Source of the DNA: Parasitella parasitica NRRL 2501
Lineage: Eukaryota > Fungi > Mucoromycota
Direction: 5' to 3'
Assembly (NCBI GenBank): GCA_025201805.1
Contig: MU619413.1
Location: 5,820-44,279 of the forward strand
DNA: 38,460 bases
Of this stretch, positions 9,800 to 22,732 are shown in pieces. The translations under genes were made by a program, and so were the position numbers. Position 1 is the stretch's first letter, and every line of letters begins with the position of its first letter. Below the pieces are notes generated by a model, which saw nothing but the letters and a program-made list of their open reading frames with translations, made no database searches and was not told the DNA's origin.

Positions 9800-12170
9800 A
9801 ATTTCCTACAATTATAGGTTTAATTACTTGAAAGCGATATTTTTAATGATAGGAACAGGTAGTGGAACCTTTACATTAACTTGATGAGTTTGTTTAAACT
9901 TTCTTTGGTTTTCTAATGTTGGTGGTTTCATGAAGAGATTGCTGTGGGATGGAAAGCCTTTCTTTGGACATTCTATTCTTCCTAGAAGATACACAGTTGT
10001 TTTTATGACTTTGCATGATTCGTCACAAACATTGGTAATTCCGAAATGCATTTTGGGGCATTCAACGAGAATAACTCTGTTTTAAAGTATAGCCCAGGTA
10101 CTTTTAAAGAAAACACATATATAGAAACATAAAACCCTACATCACAAAAAGAATAATATCAAAAATGTACAGATTTTTGCTTTGATCATATGATTACCAA
10201 CTGCCTGTATGCCTATCATTGTTTTTATGTCTTGTCGGTGTAATTACACAAGTTGACAAGTCAACTTTGATCTAACCAGTTGAGAATTTAACTTGACGTT
10301 GTTCTAGTTTAAACACATTTCCATTTGGTCATCTTGCTTCAGCATCCTCCACACCAGTATTCAGCCTAAATTTGGGGAAGAAAGCAAAATTAGTAGTTCA
10401 TAAAGAGTACGGTATATGAAATAGCATTGGATTTTCATTTACTACCTGAATTGTTTGTTATTTTCCAGGTATGATCCTGTTAGTTCTGCTTCCACAACAT
10501 CATTGCCAATACGTTCATGGGCACGAAGCTTATTTAGGCTACATTTGATAAAATGATAGACTGTCATTAGATAAATCATACGAGCCAAATTAGTTTGATG
10601 GTTACTAAATTACGACGAAATATCAATCAATTTATCATCTTCGTCACTGGCATTCTTGGCAATTTCATTCATTAGTTGTTTGATCGCTATTCTCATCGTT
10701 CTGGAGCACAATCTCTGAAAATTAGAGTTTTATTGGTTCTGTAGTTACACTAAAGCGACCTTCTAGGTAGTATTGACTTACACGTAATGCATACGTTCTT
10801 TGTTGAAAGTCGATATTGTCATTTTGACATATATTTATCTCGTAAACTTGAAACATTTGACCAAGCTTTCGGGGCTTTCGGTCTTTCTCTCTTGGGCAGC
10901 AACACATGACTTGAAGACCTTACAGTATTAGAAATGTATTTTGTATTTTTAGGGCGACAACTGATCTTACAGAATTTGGTGCAGGTTCCCGTCTACATAA
11001 AAACTTTTTTGCTTTGCTTTTTCTTCACATTTAGCTTTATATTGTTCAGAGCTAGCTGAACCATTAAATTTGTTTTCAAAAACATAATTGTAATCCTGGT
11101 ATCTAGCCTCGTCGTCTTCAGATGATACATCAGATTCCAAATTATTTGATAATTCAGTCTGCTAGACATTATTAGCACATAAAAACCTGGTAGAGTTGTC
11201 AAGTGTAGCACAAAATAATTGCTACCCTCGCACGTTTTCCCCACTATTGAACAATCCCCAATGTTTACACCAGACTCTCTAAAAGATAATGTTTTCGAAA
11301 AAGCACAAAGCAGACCGTTAGTCCACCTAGGGCGATTGAATTCATCTCTTTATAGACCGGAAAGTTACCCCTAATTATTTTCCCGTTTGAGATCCGGTTC
11401 TTTGCAACAGCAGAAGTCAAAGCGCTCCAACCTTTAGAAACAGTTGTGCATTCCGCCTTGGCTTCTGTAAAGCCCAGGCACACTTTTACTATTTCCTTTA
11501 ATAGTGGAGCAAGCTAATTTGAATGTAAGTTTGCTTTTGCTGCTGCCTGCATGTCAAAGCAAACAATATATGCTTTAATACAATCTCGAAACTCTTGTCA
11601 AACCTTCAAAAGACTCGCATTACTGTTCCATTACTATACAATTTGTGATGAGATTTTAGCATAAGCAGGGGGAAAGGAAAAAGAAACACTTGGTGCCAGA
11701 TACCTTTTTATTAAACTAGACATGATATTAAGGCCTCTATATTCGCCTGGACTAAACTCAATTGAACAGTTTTGGGCAATCTTGCATGTTGGATATGCAA
11801 GCATGAAAATAGACATTTACAGAATGCGGGTATTTTTATCATGTACATCATGGCTAAAGGTTTCCTCAAAATAACATAATACTCGAGTAAACCAATATAA
11901 TTGTATGTAATTGTATAGATAGTAGTTTTATTTCTCCTTTAAATCAGCCAACATCAGACATTGCTGTTCTAATAGTTCAATACAGCTACAATTTCCAACT
12001 TGCTTTCTAGTTTCGCTATCTAGGCGCAATTCAACAGAGAATTGGCCCAAGTCAATACTAAGGTTCTCTAATCGCTTGCAGTCAATGTTAAAAGTGGGAC
12101 AATGTCGAGGATATTTTGAAAATTCTGCTCCTAAAAGCTCCAGGGCCGGTTTACCGGCTAGCAGCATGGA
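9800..12170 (-). mobile_element. Decayed DNA transposon coding region, probably Mutator/MULE-like with a SWIM finger
   Basis: Collinear broken minus-strand ORFs with intron remnants, a frameshifted C-L-F-H (MULE CxFH-like) at about 11802-11815, and a decayed SWIM-like CCCP-x6-PRK at about 10865-10907. No TIRs identified. Confidence 0.42.
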
Positions 12171-12664
12171 AAATCGAGCTTGGTTTATGATTTTTGTGCC
12201 TAGTTATCAGCTGCAAACAGGCAGGGTCAACTATCTATAACCTGGGTTTAATTGGTCTAATATGCACCAGATCGAGACTCTCATCATCATCGTTTTAAGG
12301 GATATTGCCAGTAAACTAAAAGCAAGTAGACGGCATGCTTATGGTGTAGGCTCCGCAAAGTTGTTAGATTCAGCGCATAAGTAAAGATAGCATTTTCGGG
12401 AGGAGATGTATTTGATGTGACAATTTAACAACACAAGGTAAAACGCCCTATGAATACAAAGGTATGAAGCTGTTGACAGCACGGCACTTTCCGTAACAAA
12501 AGCGGCTCCAATAAAGATGATAAAACAATTTTGTAGATGAGTGAAAACTGCATGTATATGAATACGAAATTCCGGTATACCAATTTCTCATCAGTGTATA
12601 AAAATTATTGAAGCGGCTATACTATTAAATGGTTGCTTTCTCTCTTTCCTTCCTTGCTCACACA

Positions 12665-14319
12665 ATGCCCATAACTAGACGTGCATCGGTTGAAGTGGGA
12701 GCCAACATTGAATTGCAGAAAACCTCGCACGTAAATGATAGCCAAGAGGCAAACTCATCTGCGTCTGCAGCGTCCATTGCGGCCCAGACACCTTTGTCAA
12801 ACAAGAAGGCCGGAAAGAAATTATCAGTGCCCTTCAAATCGTCATGGCTCTTGTGGTGGAATTCAGAAGAATGGTGGTCCTGCTGGATTGGCCTTATTTT
12901 CTTTGGCTCCATTGCCTCTGCAGTTAAACACAACATACCTCAACCTCAGTTTCTACCCTGGGAAAACAACCCCTTCCACACCTTTGGTACGACGGGCAAT
13001 TTCGGTCTATTTGTGTTATTTGGCGCCATGGGCATGTTGCTATGGATTGCAATGGCTGCCACTAGAGCCCCTCATTGGAAGAGATTTCCTGCCGGGTTTG
13101 TGTGTGTGTTTCTGGTTGCCTTGATCAGCAAAATGCTCGCCAGTAACGGTACGCATCGAATTTTCAGTTTCATACATGGGAAGCTAATCTCTGTTGAATA
13201 GTTGTGCTCAAGAAAGGAAGCGTAGGCGACTCGATTTGGGCCATTATCTTGGGCTGCGTTATCAGAAATGTCATGTCATTAGTCACAAAGTCTAGCATTT
13301 TGCCTCCATGGCTCAAAGTAGCTCAACAAACTGAGCTCTACATTGCCATCAGTCTCGTGCTGCTCTGTATCGATATCAGCGTATTGCGTCCATTAGCCCC
13401 GCGTGCATTATTTGTCAGCTGGATCGACACACCCACGCTGTTTATTGTGGTCGCCTATTTCGGCTGGAAAGTCCTCAATATTGATACGCAAACAGCGATA
13501 ATCATGTCGGGCGCGACCTTCATTTGCGGCTCCTCGGCTGCCATTGCACTGGGTGCTAGCATGGGTGTGCCACACAAAACCGAAATGCCCATTGCCATTA
13601 TCTCTATCTTTACCATTCCTAGCATTATTGCGCTGCCCTATGTCGCAAAACGCATGGCGCTGACGGCCACGGTAAGCGGTGCTTGGTTTGGTGGCTGCGT
13701 CGACTCAACTGGTGCAGTCATCGCTGCTGCTAGCATCTATGGAGACCACGATGCCATCAATACTTCTGCTATAGTCAAAATGATGCAAAATGTCTTGATT
13801 GGACCGTTGTCAGTCATTGTGGCCTGGGCATGGTCTAGATATGAGTTGCAGGCAGCTTACAAGCGCGAAGAGGAGCTGCTCAATCGCAACGAGAATTTGG
13901 ACGATTCTGTAGTCCAAGAGCAGATATTGGATGATGCGGCCGGGGAAGACAGCAATACACCTTCAGTCAAGCATCCACGCAATATCCACGCCCCTTCCAA
14001 GCCAAAAGAAAAAGCATATGTTTTGCTGTGGAAGCGCTTCCCAAAGTTTGTGATTGGCTTTATTATTACAGCTGTCCTGTTTAACACTACCATAAGCAAT
14101 GACACAGAGACAAGGACTCTGGTCAATGACTTTTGCTTTTATGTTTCTGAATGGTTCTCGACATTGTCGTTTGTTAGCATTGGCATGGGCCTGCAATTGA
14201 GCGACATGAAGCAAAATATCCGCAGCTTGGGTAAATTAGTAACATTATACATTGTTGCCCAGATGGTGGATATCATTGTGACATGTGTTCTCGCTTGGAC
14301 AGCATTTACCTACCTATAA
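12665..14319 (+). CDS. YeiH/UPF0324 (putative sulfate exporter family) multi-pass membrane protein, 2 exons
   Basis: Family motifs ICGSSAAIA, GAWFGGCVDSTGAVIAA, AIVKMMQNVLIG, FPKFVIGF and FVSIGM, plus many hydrophobic helices. Intron 13149-13201 joins the two ORFs in frame. An alternative in-frame ATG lies at 12629. Confidence 0.88.
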
Positions 14320-14332
14320 GCTGCATGTTGTC

Positions 14333-14390
14333 ATCAATATAATATCAATATAATATCAATATAATATCAATATAATATCAGTATAATATC
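14333..14390 (+). repeat. Minisatellite, about 5.3 copies of the 11-bp unit ATCAATATAAT
   Basis: Four exact copies, one copy with A>G, then ATC; starts 13 bp after the transporter stop codon. Confidence 0.95.
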
Positions 14391-14704
14391 TACAGCATAG
14401 CCGCCGATTTCATGTGCCGTGTACTATGTAATAAAAACGACGTTTGTGTGATCACTGGGGCATTTGAGCACGCAGATAGCCTCGACAACTACAATTACCC
14501 GTCGCTATTTGGCAGATAACACTGTTACCATAGCAATACCTAATATATGCTCGTCTACTAATCAATCAAGCTGAGATGGCGCCCGTAAATAATGAAATGA
14601 TCAAACAGTTCAAAACGTATAATATCCGAAAAAACGAATGAGTATATAAATTATGCACGGCTTTCGGGATTTACTCTTTGTCTCTTTCTTTTTATTTCAG
14701 CAAA

Positions 14705-16513
14705 ATGATGAGCAGTACAAAAGTTTCTCTTCCTCTTACCAGCACTGCAGATAGTCTGACGCCAGCAAAAAATCATAAGAGACAAGCATCCATTGGTTTA
14801 GGAATAGTAACGCATTCAACAGAGCCAGCAGTTCTAGCACCAAGAAGAGAGAGCGTTTCAAAAAATGATGTGTTTTACGACACAGCTTCAACGTTCTCGG
14901 ACCAAATGAAGCCTCCTCCATCACTGAGCACACTGACAAAGCCCAACCCCCATTTTTACCAACCACAGGAAACAGTAGGAGTCAGACCGACATTTGCAGA
15001 TCGTATTCGGAGCATCGTCTTGGCCAATAGAAAAACTGCCGCCAAAACGCCCTGTGTCGAACGCAGTAATAGCAGCAGCAGCAGCAGTAATGGCGATCAA
15101 AAGAAGAAGAGCTGCAAACTAAAGAGTAGCTCCAGTAGCACCCACAGCAGCAACAGCATCAATTTATCCTTCCCTGAGGAAAAAATCGTTCCTCTTCCTA
15201 GTCCTTCGCAGCCGTCATTGACCAGAACAAACACATTTACCCGACACCCTGTTGTCTCTCCAGCACTAGTGCTAAAAGATGCCGGTATAGCCGATGATGA
15301 AAGCCACACACCGCCACCACCACCAAGTTCTGCTATTCCCATTATTTCGCTATCACCAAGCTTCTCGCCCAATAAAACCAACATTATTCCACCGTTACAG
15401 CAAGTGCCCATGTTGGGGGACATGGAAGATGATCCAGAGTACCACTGCAACAATGGCAACATTATTCGAGAATTCAAATTCCCTTCTCCTGCGCCGACAC
15501 CTTACGACGATGTAGAAAATTTGGTCGGAAAGCACATTTGGAAATTTCGTATCAGAGAGCTTTTGGGTGTTGGTGCATTTTCAAAGGTCTTCTTGGCTCA
15601 TAATATGGAAGAGGGGGGTCTGTTTGCCATTAAAATGATCAACAAAGAGCGAATGTACCAAGACTTACGAGTGAAATCAAGTATTGAAAGAGAAGTGGGT
15701 GTTTTAAAGGTAAGCGGCCCTGTCCATACGCATCAGCTTATCTGCCCATATTCACACAAGATACACGTACATGCATACCAGTTTCTTAATCACGATCGAA
15801 TTGTTCAGTTGGAGGCAACCATGGAGACAGAACAGCATTTGTGTATTGTATTAGAATACGTGCAAGGCGGCGAATTGTTTGATTTTGTGCAGCATATTCA
15901 CAACGACATCCATAAGGTCGGAATTCAGTCAAATATAGACGAGCTCCTAATAAAAAGGCTGGCTCTGGAGTTGATAGATGTTGTTCTATGGCTACATGAG
16001 CATAATATCGTGCACCGTGACCTCAAGTTGGAGAGTAAATATGCATCACCAGCATCCTTCATGGCCAATTTTTAACACTTGAAAAACACAGATATCCTAG
16101 TTTACTTTGACGAAACGACTGGGGAACCGCATATAAAAGTGACAGATTTCGGTTTAGCTCGCGTGGTTGACCCAGAGGAGCCAAAACTAATGACTCGCTG
16201 TGGAAGTGAAGAATACGCTGCTCCTGAAATTGTGCAAAGCCTTGGTTATGATGGTCGTTTGACAGACACTTGGTCCATTGGCATTATCATCTATGCTCTT
16301 TTGGTAGGCTATTTGCCCTTTTCATACGATGTCAATAGGGGAGAAAAGGTCTCACATTTATTCCATCGTATTGTACTGGCTCAAGTCAAATGGCCTCAAA
16401 ATGACAATATAAGCCCTGAGGCCAAGGAGGTAGTTGAGCAGATTTTGGTCAGAAATCCAGAAAAGAGAATGCAATTAGATCAAATCGCACTTTTGCCATG
16501 GTTCACACAATGA
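14705..16513 (+). CDS. Ser/Thr protein kinase, CAMK group (Prr1-like), with a long disordered N-terminus, 3 exons
   Basis: GVGAFSKV, AIKMI, HRDLKLEN (across an intron), DFG, TRCGSEEYAAPE, DTWSIG. Introns 15710-15781 and 16035-16091. The Prr1-like assignment rests on the recalled RCGSExY activation loop. Confidence 0.92.
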
Positions 16514-16910
16514 ATTTTTGTATGCGTACATCAATTTTATAATTTTTTCTTTTTCTTGCAATGTTTTGTTTTGATTCAATAAACAAAATGTAGACAATGT
16601 GTCATTAAAGAAACATGACGGCAAAGTATGTGCTCCTCAGATCAATAGCCTACCGTACCGTGTCTTCTAAAAAATGAGAGTTTGTAGTGATCTGTGTTGA
16701 CCGGATTTTAGACTGGTTCCAGGCAACATTTTAATGTTACCCTGAATCATAATTTATCTCGAAAAGAAAAATATCTTTAGGTTGTATTGCTCCCCATGAA
16801 TTGACTCAATACGCTGTTATTGCTAATTTTCGCCCAACCTCTCATTTTGATCAGTCAATTGCCCAGCTGTCAAACTGTGAAAACCGTCTCAAAACAGTCT
16901 TCTCACACGA

Positions 16911-16960
16911 GAAAAGGGGACCTTTTTTTTTTTTTTTTTTTTTAAAAAAAAACCCTTTTC
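16911..16960. promoter_or_regulatory. Poly(dT)21-poly(dA)9 tract flanked by inverted GAAAAGGG/CCCTTTTC, just upstream of the NOC3 start
   Basis: Seen directly. A regulatory role is inferred from the nucleosome-excluding behaviour of dA:dT tracts. Confidence 0.35.
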
Positions 16961-16973
16961 CTCACAACATAAT

Positions 16974-19668
16974 ATGCCACCCAAAAAGAGTATACAAAAA
17001 GTGAGCAATAAAATTGCCTCCAAAGGGCCCAAAAAGGCCACAGGCAATAAAAAAAGCAGCAAGAATAATGATATAAAGCCCAAAAAGACAAAGGAGCAAA
17101 AGGTATGCTAAAAGCTTGAAGCTGTAAAGGCCCAACATCTGACATGTTTACAGGAAAAGGATATGATTCCCAGCTTTGTAACAGTTCCTGAAATCAAGAG
17201 CGAGGATGAAATTGCCATCTCTGACGATGATGTCGAGTTTTTTGCAGACAACAAGAATTTCACTTCATTTTTAACTGGGTTGGATCAAAATGAACTCTCC
17301 AGGTAAACTGTCAAGAACAGTCATTGTCGAATCCAATATACTAAATTGTGTGCTGCTTAGAAACACTGCCAGGAAGGAAAAGAAAATTAAGGCCAAGAAG
17401 GCGGAGCCAAAGAAGAAAGAGGATGATGAGGATAAAGAAGGACTTGCTTCTTCTTCAGAGGAAGAGTTCAATTCAGACGATGATTTGGATAACTTTGAGG
17501 AGCTGAGCGACGAGGGTGAAATGGCATTATTAGAAGAAGCTAATGCATCAGAGGACGATTTTGATTTAGCTGACGAAGAAGAAATGGAGAGATTACTGTC
17601 CCAACAGCAACCGCAGAGCAAAAAGAAGATTGCCAAGATAGATAATGAGTCCGACGAGGAAATGGATTACGAGCTGAAGCCTAGAAAGGTGGCCAGCGAA
17701 TGGACTCGCAAAGACTATCATACTAAGCTTCCCATCAAATTGGCTTCTGGTAGAATCCATCAATTGGAGGAGGAGGAGGAGGAGGAGCAATCTGAAGAGG
17801 AAGCGTCGCATGCATTTACGGCTACTTCTGCTGAAGAACAAGAAGAAAAGGACGACGATGACCAAAAAGAGGCGCAGGAAAAGCAGCCCAAACTATCTCG
17901 AAAGGAATATCTTATCAAGAAAAAGGAGGAATTAGCATTGATTGCTGGTAATATTCAGGGAGACCCAGAGGAGTATGTGTCGCAATTGAAGACTCTGCGT
18001 GCCATTTACAGAGAAGATAATGTCACTGTCAAAAAATTAGCATTGCTTACACAATTAGCTGTTTATAAAGACATTATCCCTGGTTACCGAATTCGCCCTT
18101 TGACATCTCTTGAAGAAGAAACTCAAGTCTCCAGAGATGTTAAAAAGATGAGAGAATATGAAAAATCTCTGCTTGGCAACTATGAGCTGTATTTGAAGGA
18201 TTTGAATGTCTTGCTGTCTAGTAAGTTATATACAAACTTCCCAGATCAGTCAACCAACTTTCTTTTTACATAGGAAAAAAGACTGAGGAAGATGCGTCAT
18301 TAGCCTTGGTTGCTACTCGATGTTTATGTGAACTCTTGATTGCTAAAACTCACTTCAATTTTCGTTTGGAGATCATGGTTGCTGTTGTTACACGTATGAG
18401 CACCATCAAATGGAACGAAGCAGCCCAATTATGCAGTGAGACATTGGTAACTGTGTTTGAAAACGATGAGTCGGGCAGGTCTTCTCTCGATGCCGTAAAA
18501 ATGGTTATTCGTATGGTGAAATCCAAAGGGTTTGCAATCAGCGAAAACGCCATCAATGTATTTTTGCACCTTCGCCTCAAGGACGAAATGGCACACAATT
18601 ATGCCAAAGACAACAGCGATGACCAAGTTGGCAAAAAAAGGAAAAACAACCACAAGCCGTTTCTGACAAAAAAGGCACGCAAAACATTGAAGGAAACTAG
18701 AGAAATTGAAAAGGAATTCCAAGAGGCTGAAGCTGTTGTCAGTAAAGAAGAGAAGGAGAAGAATGTAAGCTGTCTACGGTGTCCAAAGCTGCATTTACTG
18801 ACCTGCATTTTTACCCACAGCACACGGAAACCCTCAAGTTGATTTTTACATTTTACTTTAGAATTTTGAAAAAGCAGAGCTCGTCTCCTCTTTTGCCGGC
18901 GGTTTTGGAGGGTCTTTCACGATTTGCTCATTTAATTAGCGTTGATTTCTTTGATGATCTCTTGAACGCCCTTAAAGATGTGATGCATTCCTTTGAAGAT
19001 TCTAATGATATTTCGCGCACAAGCAATGGTACTCGTAAAAGGTTGCTCTGTATCATCACAGCGTTCCAATTGCTCTCAGGTCAAGGCGAGGCTTTCAACT
19101 ACGATCTCAAAGATTTTTACACAGAAATTTACAACATTCTGTTTAAAGCAAGTTACCACACCAAGATTGAAGACAAACCAGAATCGCAAAAGGAGACAGA
19201 GAGCGAAATGCTGATTAAAGGGCTTGAATTGATGTTCTTAAAGAAACGCCAGATTCCCGTAAACCGATTAGCAGCATTTACCAAAAGATTTGCTTTGGTT
19301 GCACTAAATATGCCCAACAAGACAGTTTTACAATGCCTTGCTTTGGTAGATAGACTCGTGCAGGTTAGAGCAAAAAAAAATTGCCTCTTCTTCAGCCCAT
19401 CTAATATTTCTTGAATTCTTTAGAAGGATCATCGTTTAGATGCACTATTACAGTCAGAAGATAGAGCATCAAGTGGCATTTATGCTCCCTTGCTAGAAGA
19501 TCCCGAACTTTGTAATCCATTTGGTACAAGTTTATACGAGCTGTTTCTCTACCAGGTTAGTCTGATATTTGTGTTTGTAAATCACATTTTTATTAAGAAC
19601 CCATTTAGAACCATTATGATCCTAATGTAAGAACTATTGCAAAAGCATTGCAAAAATCAGCGCAATAG
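16974..19668 (+). CDS. NOC3: Nucleolar complex protein 3 (60S biogenesis), 7 exons
   Basis: KLPIK, VYKDIIPGYRIRPL, HFNFR, VLEGLSRFAHLISVDFFDDLL, RLAAFTKR, EDPELCNP and HYDP motifs. Introns 17103-17153, 17303-17360, 18221-18273, 18765-18820, 19364-19423 and 19556-19608 splice in frame. Confidence 0.93.
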
Positions 19669-20435
19669 GCAGCCGAGATATAGACGCATTCAATAAACAT
19701 GTAGAGGGTTCTCTTTTTTTTTTTATGGTTATGTTTGAGATATCAATTCTATTATATGACTACAAGACGGCTGATATGCTGATATACTGAGACAATGTTG
19801 CCAATTAATCAATTTCAAGAGTACAGTGCGTTCGTGGATAAATTTACGGTATTTTCATGTATAAATCTGTGCACTGGATTGACAAATGAAAAAATCGATA
19901 AGCTAAACCCGTTTGTTCAGCAACTACAGACAGATGGTCATTAGATAATGCAACGTTAAGATATTTCGTTGAAATTCCATCACTATAAAACCCTTTGCGT
20001 CAAAAATTTGAGAACAACCACTTTAATCCTCATTTCATCCGTACTAAAGATCTGTTGCCTTTCATCTTTCTGCGCTTAAAATATGTTAATTTGTCAAGGG
20101 AAAAATGGCTCCACCACAACCCTGAATCGTTTAGATTGTCGCATTGATTTTTTTTTTTTTTGTTTCGACCATCCGTGTATGCCCATGTAGCCTTTTTTTT
20201 TTTTTTTTTTTTATCCAATTTATATCTTAAGTTATGTACGTAAAAAAATAGAAATGTTCAATATCAAAAAAAAAATAAAGTGATTTCATTGTTGGACAGA
20301 AACATATTTAGGCGACATCTAATTCTGAAGCCGCGACTTCGCTTCCTGAAAGGAAAGAAAAAGAGGTTTGTTCGGCTTTTGCATCGTTTTTGTTTTGAGG
20401 GTAGTTTGTGAGAATGTTTAAATGTATATATTGAC

Positions 20436-21959
20436 TTAACCAAAATGGAAGCTATAACCGCCTTGTTGTTGTTGACGTCTCCCGCCACCAGGGAAACCTC
20501 CACCAAATCCTCCACTTTGTTGAGCAAACATTTGAGCAAAGATCTAAAGTAAATCAATTGAGCTACCTGGGTATTTACGCACATCTTCCAAATACAAACT
20601 CACCTCATTTACATCCATACCTCCACCAGGGAAGCCTCCACCCATACCACCCATACCGCCGTCTAAATCAGCCCCTGAATCAAATCTTGCCTTCTTTTCA
20701 GGATCACTTAAAATAGCATAAGCTTCGCCCACTTCTTTAAATCTAGCCTCTGCCTTTTCATCATCAGGGTTCTTATCGGGATGGTATTGGAGAGCCAACT
20801 TGCGATAGGCTTTTTTGATTTCAGCTTCCCCAGCAGACTTTGTCAATCCCAAGATCTTATAGTAGTCCTTGCGCAGTGATTTCTTTAATTCAAGTTCAGC
20901 CTTGCGCAATAAATTATGGTATTCTTGGATTACAGTCAGTCTTTTTTGATGCCAGTTGGATCGGTGGTTTATCAACTTACCTCTATTGGAAGCATCTACT
21001 TCTGTTAATTTTTTGTAGTCTCTTACGGCTTCTTCATACTGCTCAGTTTCCATATAACATCCAGCACGTCTACTGTAAGCCTTGTAGAATTCTTGGTCCA
21101 ACTCAATGGCTTTGTCACAATCTAAAAGCGCCTCCTCGAATTTCTTTTGTTTTTGTAAAACTGCAGCACGGTTGGAATATAATCGAGAGTTCATAAAGCT
21201 GTTGGTTGGATCAATATCCAAAGCAGCGGTGTAAGCATCGTAAGCATTATCTAGCTGATTGGCCTTGAAGGCATTGTTACCCTCCTCCTTTTGTTTTTCA
21301 ATTGCACGAGCCATTTTCAACAACGAACGGGCTTTGGTAAAATCGGGGTCGCAGCGAAGCGCTTCTTGACAATGAGCAACTGTTTTTGGGTTGTCACCTT
21401 GACTGTAAAACACACGAGCTCTGAGGTACAGTGCATCAGGGTTTTGGCTGTTTAAGCGAACAAGGGAGCTGCCACAGAAGTAGCGTCAATGTACATGATG
21501 CACAACCACAATCAACCACTTACTTGACGATACGACTGGCTTCAGAATAATTCTTTTCTCCCAAAGCACATTCAGCTTGCTTTACTCTCCATTTGACAGG
21601 AATGACATCAGGATCAACAAAGGAGATGGCGCGATCCAGACTGTTGCGCGCAAGACCCCATTGATTATTTGCCATAAATGTGTCTACCTGACCCATATAG
21701 TTGAACACCTGCTGTAGATTGTTCCATTCACGTTGAGCACTATTTGGCTCAATCTCCATTGCACGTTTATATAGGCGACCAGCTTCCTCCAAATTTCCCA
21801 TCTTTAAATGGCATGTTCCACCACGCAAAAATGCCTTGGCATTACTGGGGTCTAATGTAGTAGCAGTGCGACAATCGTTGGCGGCGTCTTTGTACCTCTT
21901 TTGCATCATCAAAGCGGCAGCACGATTGTTGTAGTAGGTTGAGGTTTGAGGAGAGGCCT
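20436..21959 (-). CDS. DNAJC7: TPR-repeat plus J-domain co-chaperone (DNAJC7/TPR2-like); 5' end lost in the gap
   Basis: TPR motifs ([25 protein letters not shown]), then DYYKILGL...[17 protein letters not shown] and a G/F-rich tail ending TAA at 20436-20438. Introns about 20544-20603, 20924-20980 and 21469-21523. The first exon presumably lies in the N run. Confidence 0.9.
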
Positions 21960-21995
21960 CTAGTAGCTTTGTTAAGATGTGCACTTTTTTTTTTT

Positions 21996-22375
21996 NNNNN
22001 NNNNNNNNNNNNNNNNNNNNNNNNNNNNNNNNNNNNNNNNNNNNNNNNNNNNNNNNNNNNNNNNNNNNNNNNNNNNNNNNNNNNNNNNNNNNNNNNNNNN
22101 NNNNNNNNNNNNNNNNNNNNNNNNNNNNNNNNNNNNNNNNNNNNNNNNNNNNNNNNNNNNNNNNNNNNNNNNNNNNNNNNNNNNNNNNNNNNNNNNNNNN
22201 NNNNNNNNNNNNNNNNNNNNNNNNNNNNNNNNNNNNNNNNNNNNNNNNNNNNNNNNNNNNNNNNNNNNNNNNNNNNNNNNNNNNNNNNNNNNNNNNNNNN
22301 NNNNNNNNNNNNNNNNNNNNNNNNNNNNNNNNNNNNNNNNNNNNNNNNNNNNNNNNNNNNNNNNNNNNNNNNNNN
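21996..22375. other. Assembly gap (N run) between poly(T) and poly(A) tracts
   Basis: Run of N. The X-filled ORFs across it are artefacts. Confidence 1.
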
Positions 22376-22732
22376 AAAAAAAAAAAAAAAAGTCACCTAC
22401 TAAGGATATTGATCGAACTTGCTAGAATCAAGTATTGCCTATAATGACATGGCGTCGCCATGGTGGCGGTGGCGGTGAAAAAGAGGCACCACAGCAAATG
22501 AGCTGATGGCATAACAGTTAAATGATGACTGGCATGGCTACATCATTATTGATCTGGACTTACTATCAACTTATCGTGTAGCTATTCAATGACTACTAGG
22601 CTTTTATTAAAGAACGTTTCAACTGCTTCATATCATGCTAATGGCTGCTGCCTACCGCAATCTATAGGGCGGGCTGTGTATTCAATGTATCTACTGTATA
22701 TGACTAACAAAAGGCATTCTACCCAAGGCAGA

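Noticed and set aside
10250-10267. Palindrome AAGTTGAC-AA-GTCAACTT
   Set aside because: An isolated 8-bp stem inside decayed TE sequence, within chance expectation for a 38-kb AT-rich window.
14333-14390. Short repeats as a CRISPR-like array
   Set aside because: The units are contiguous with no spacers, the context is eukaryotic, and no cas genes are present.
16820-16850. RRPE/PAC-like words upstream of NOC3 (AATTTTCG, TCTCAT)
   Set aside because: Only partial matches in AT-rich DNA; not distinguishable from chance.
21842-22444. Four long ORFs spanning the N run
   Set aside because: They are artefacts of translating N as X.
22397-22512. Short minus-strand frame (MPSAHLLWCLFF...) ending at a GTGACT donor, as a possible first exon of the DNAJC7-like gene
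   Set aside because: It does not resemble the expected first TPR helix and cannot be joined across the gap; left unresolved.
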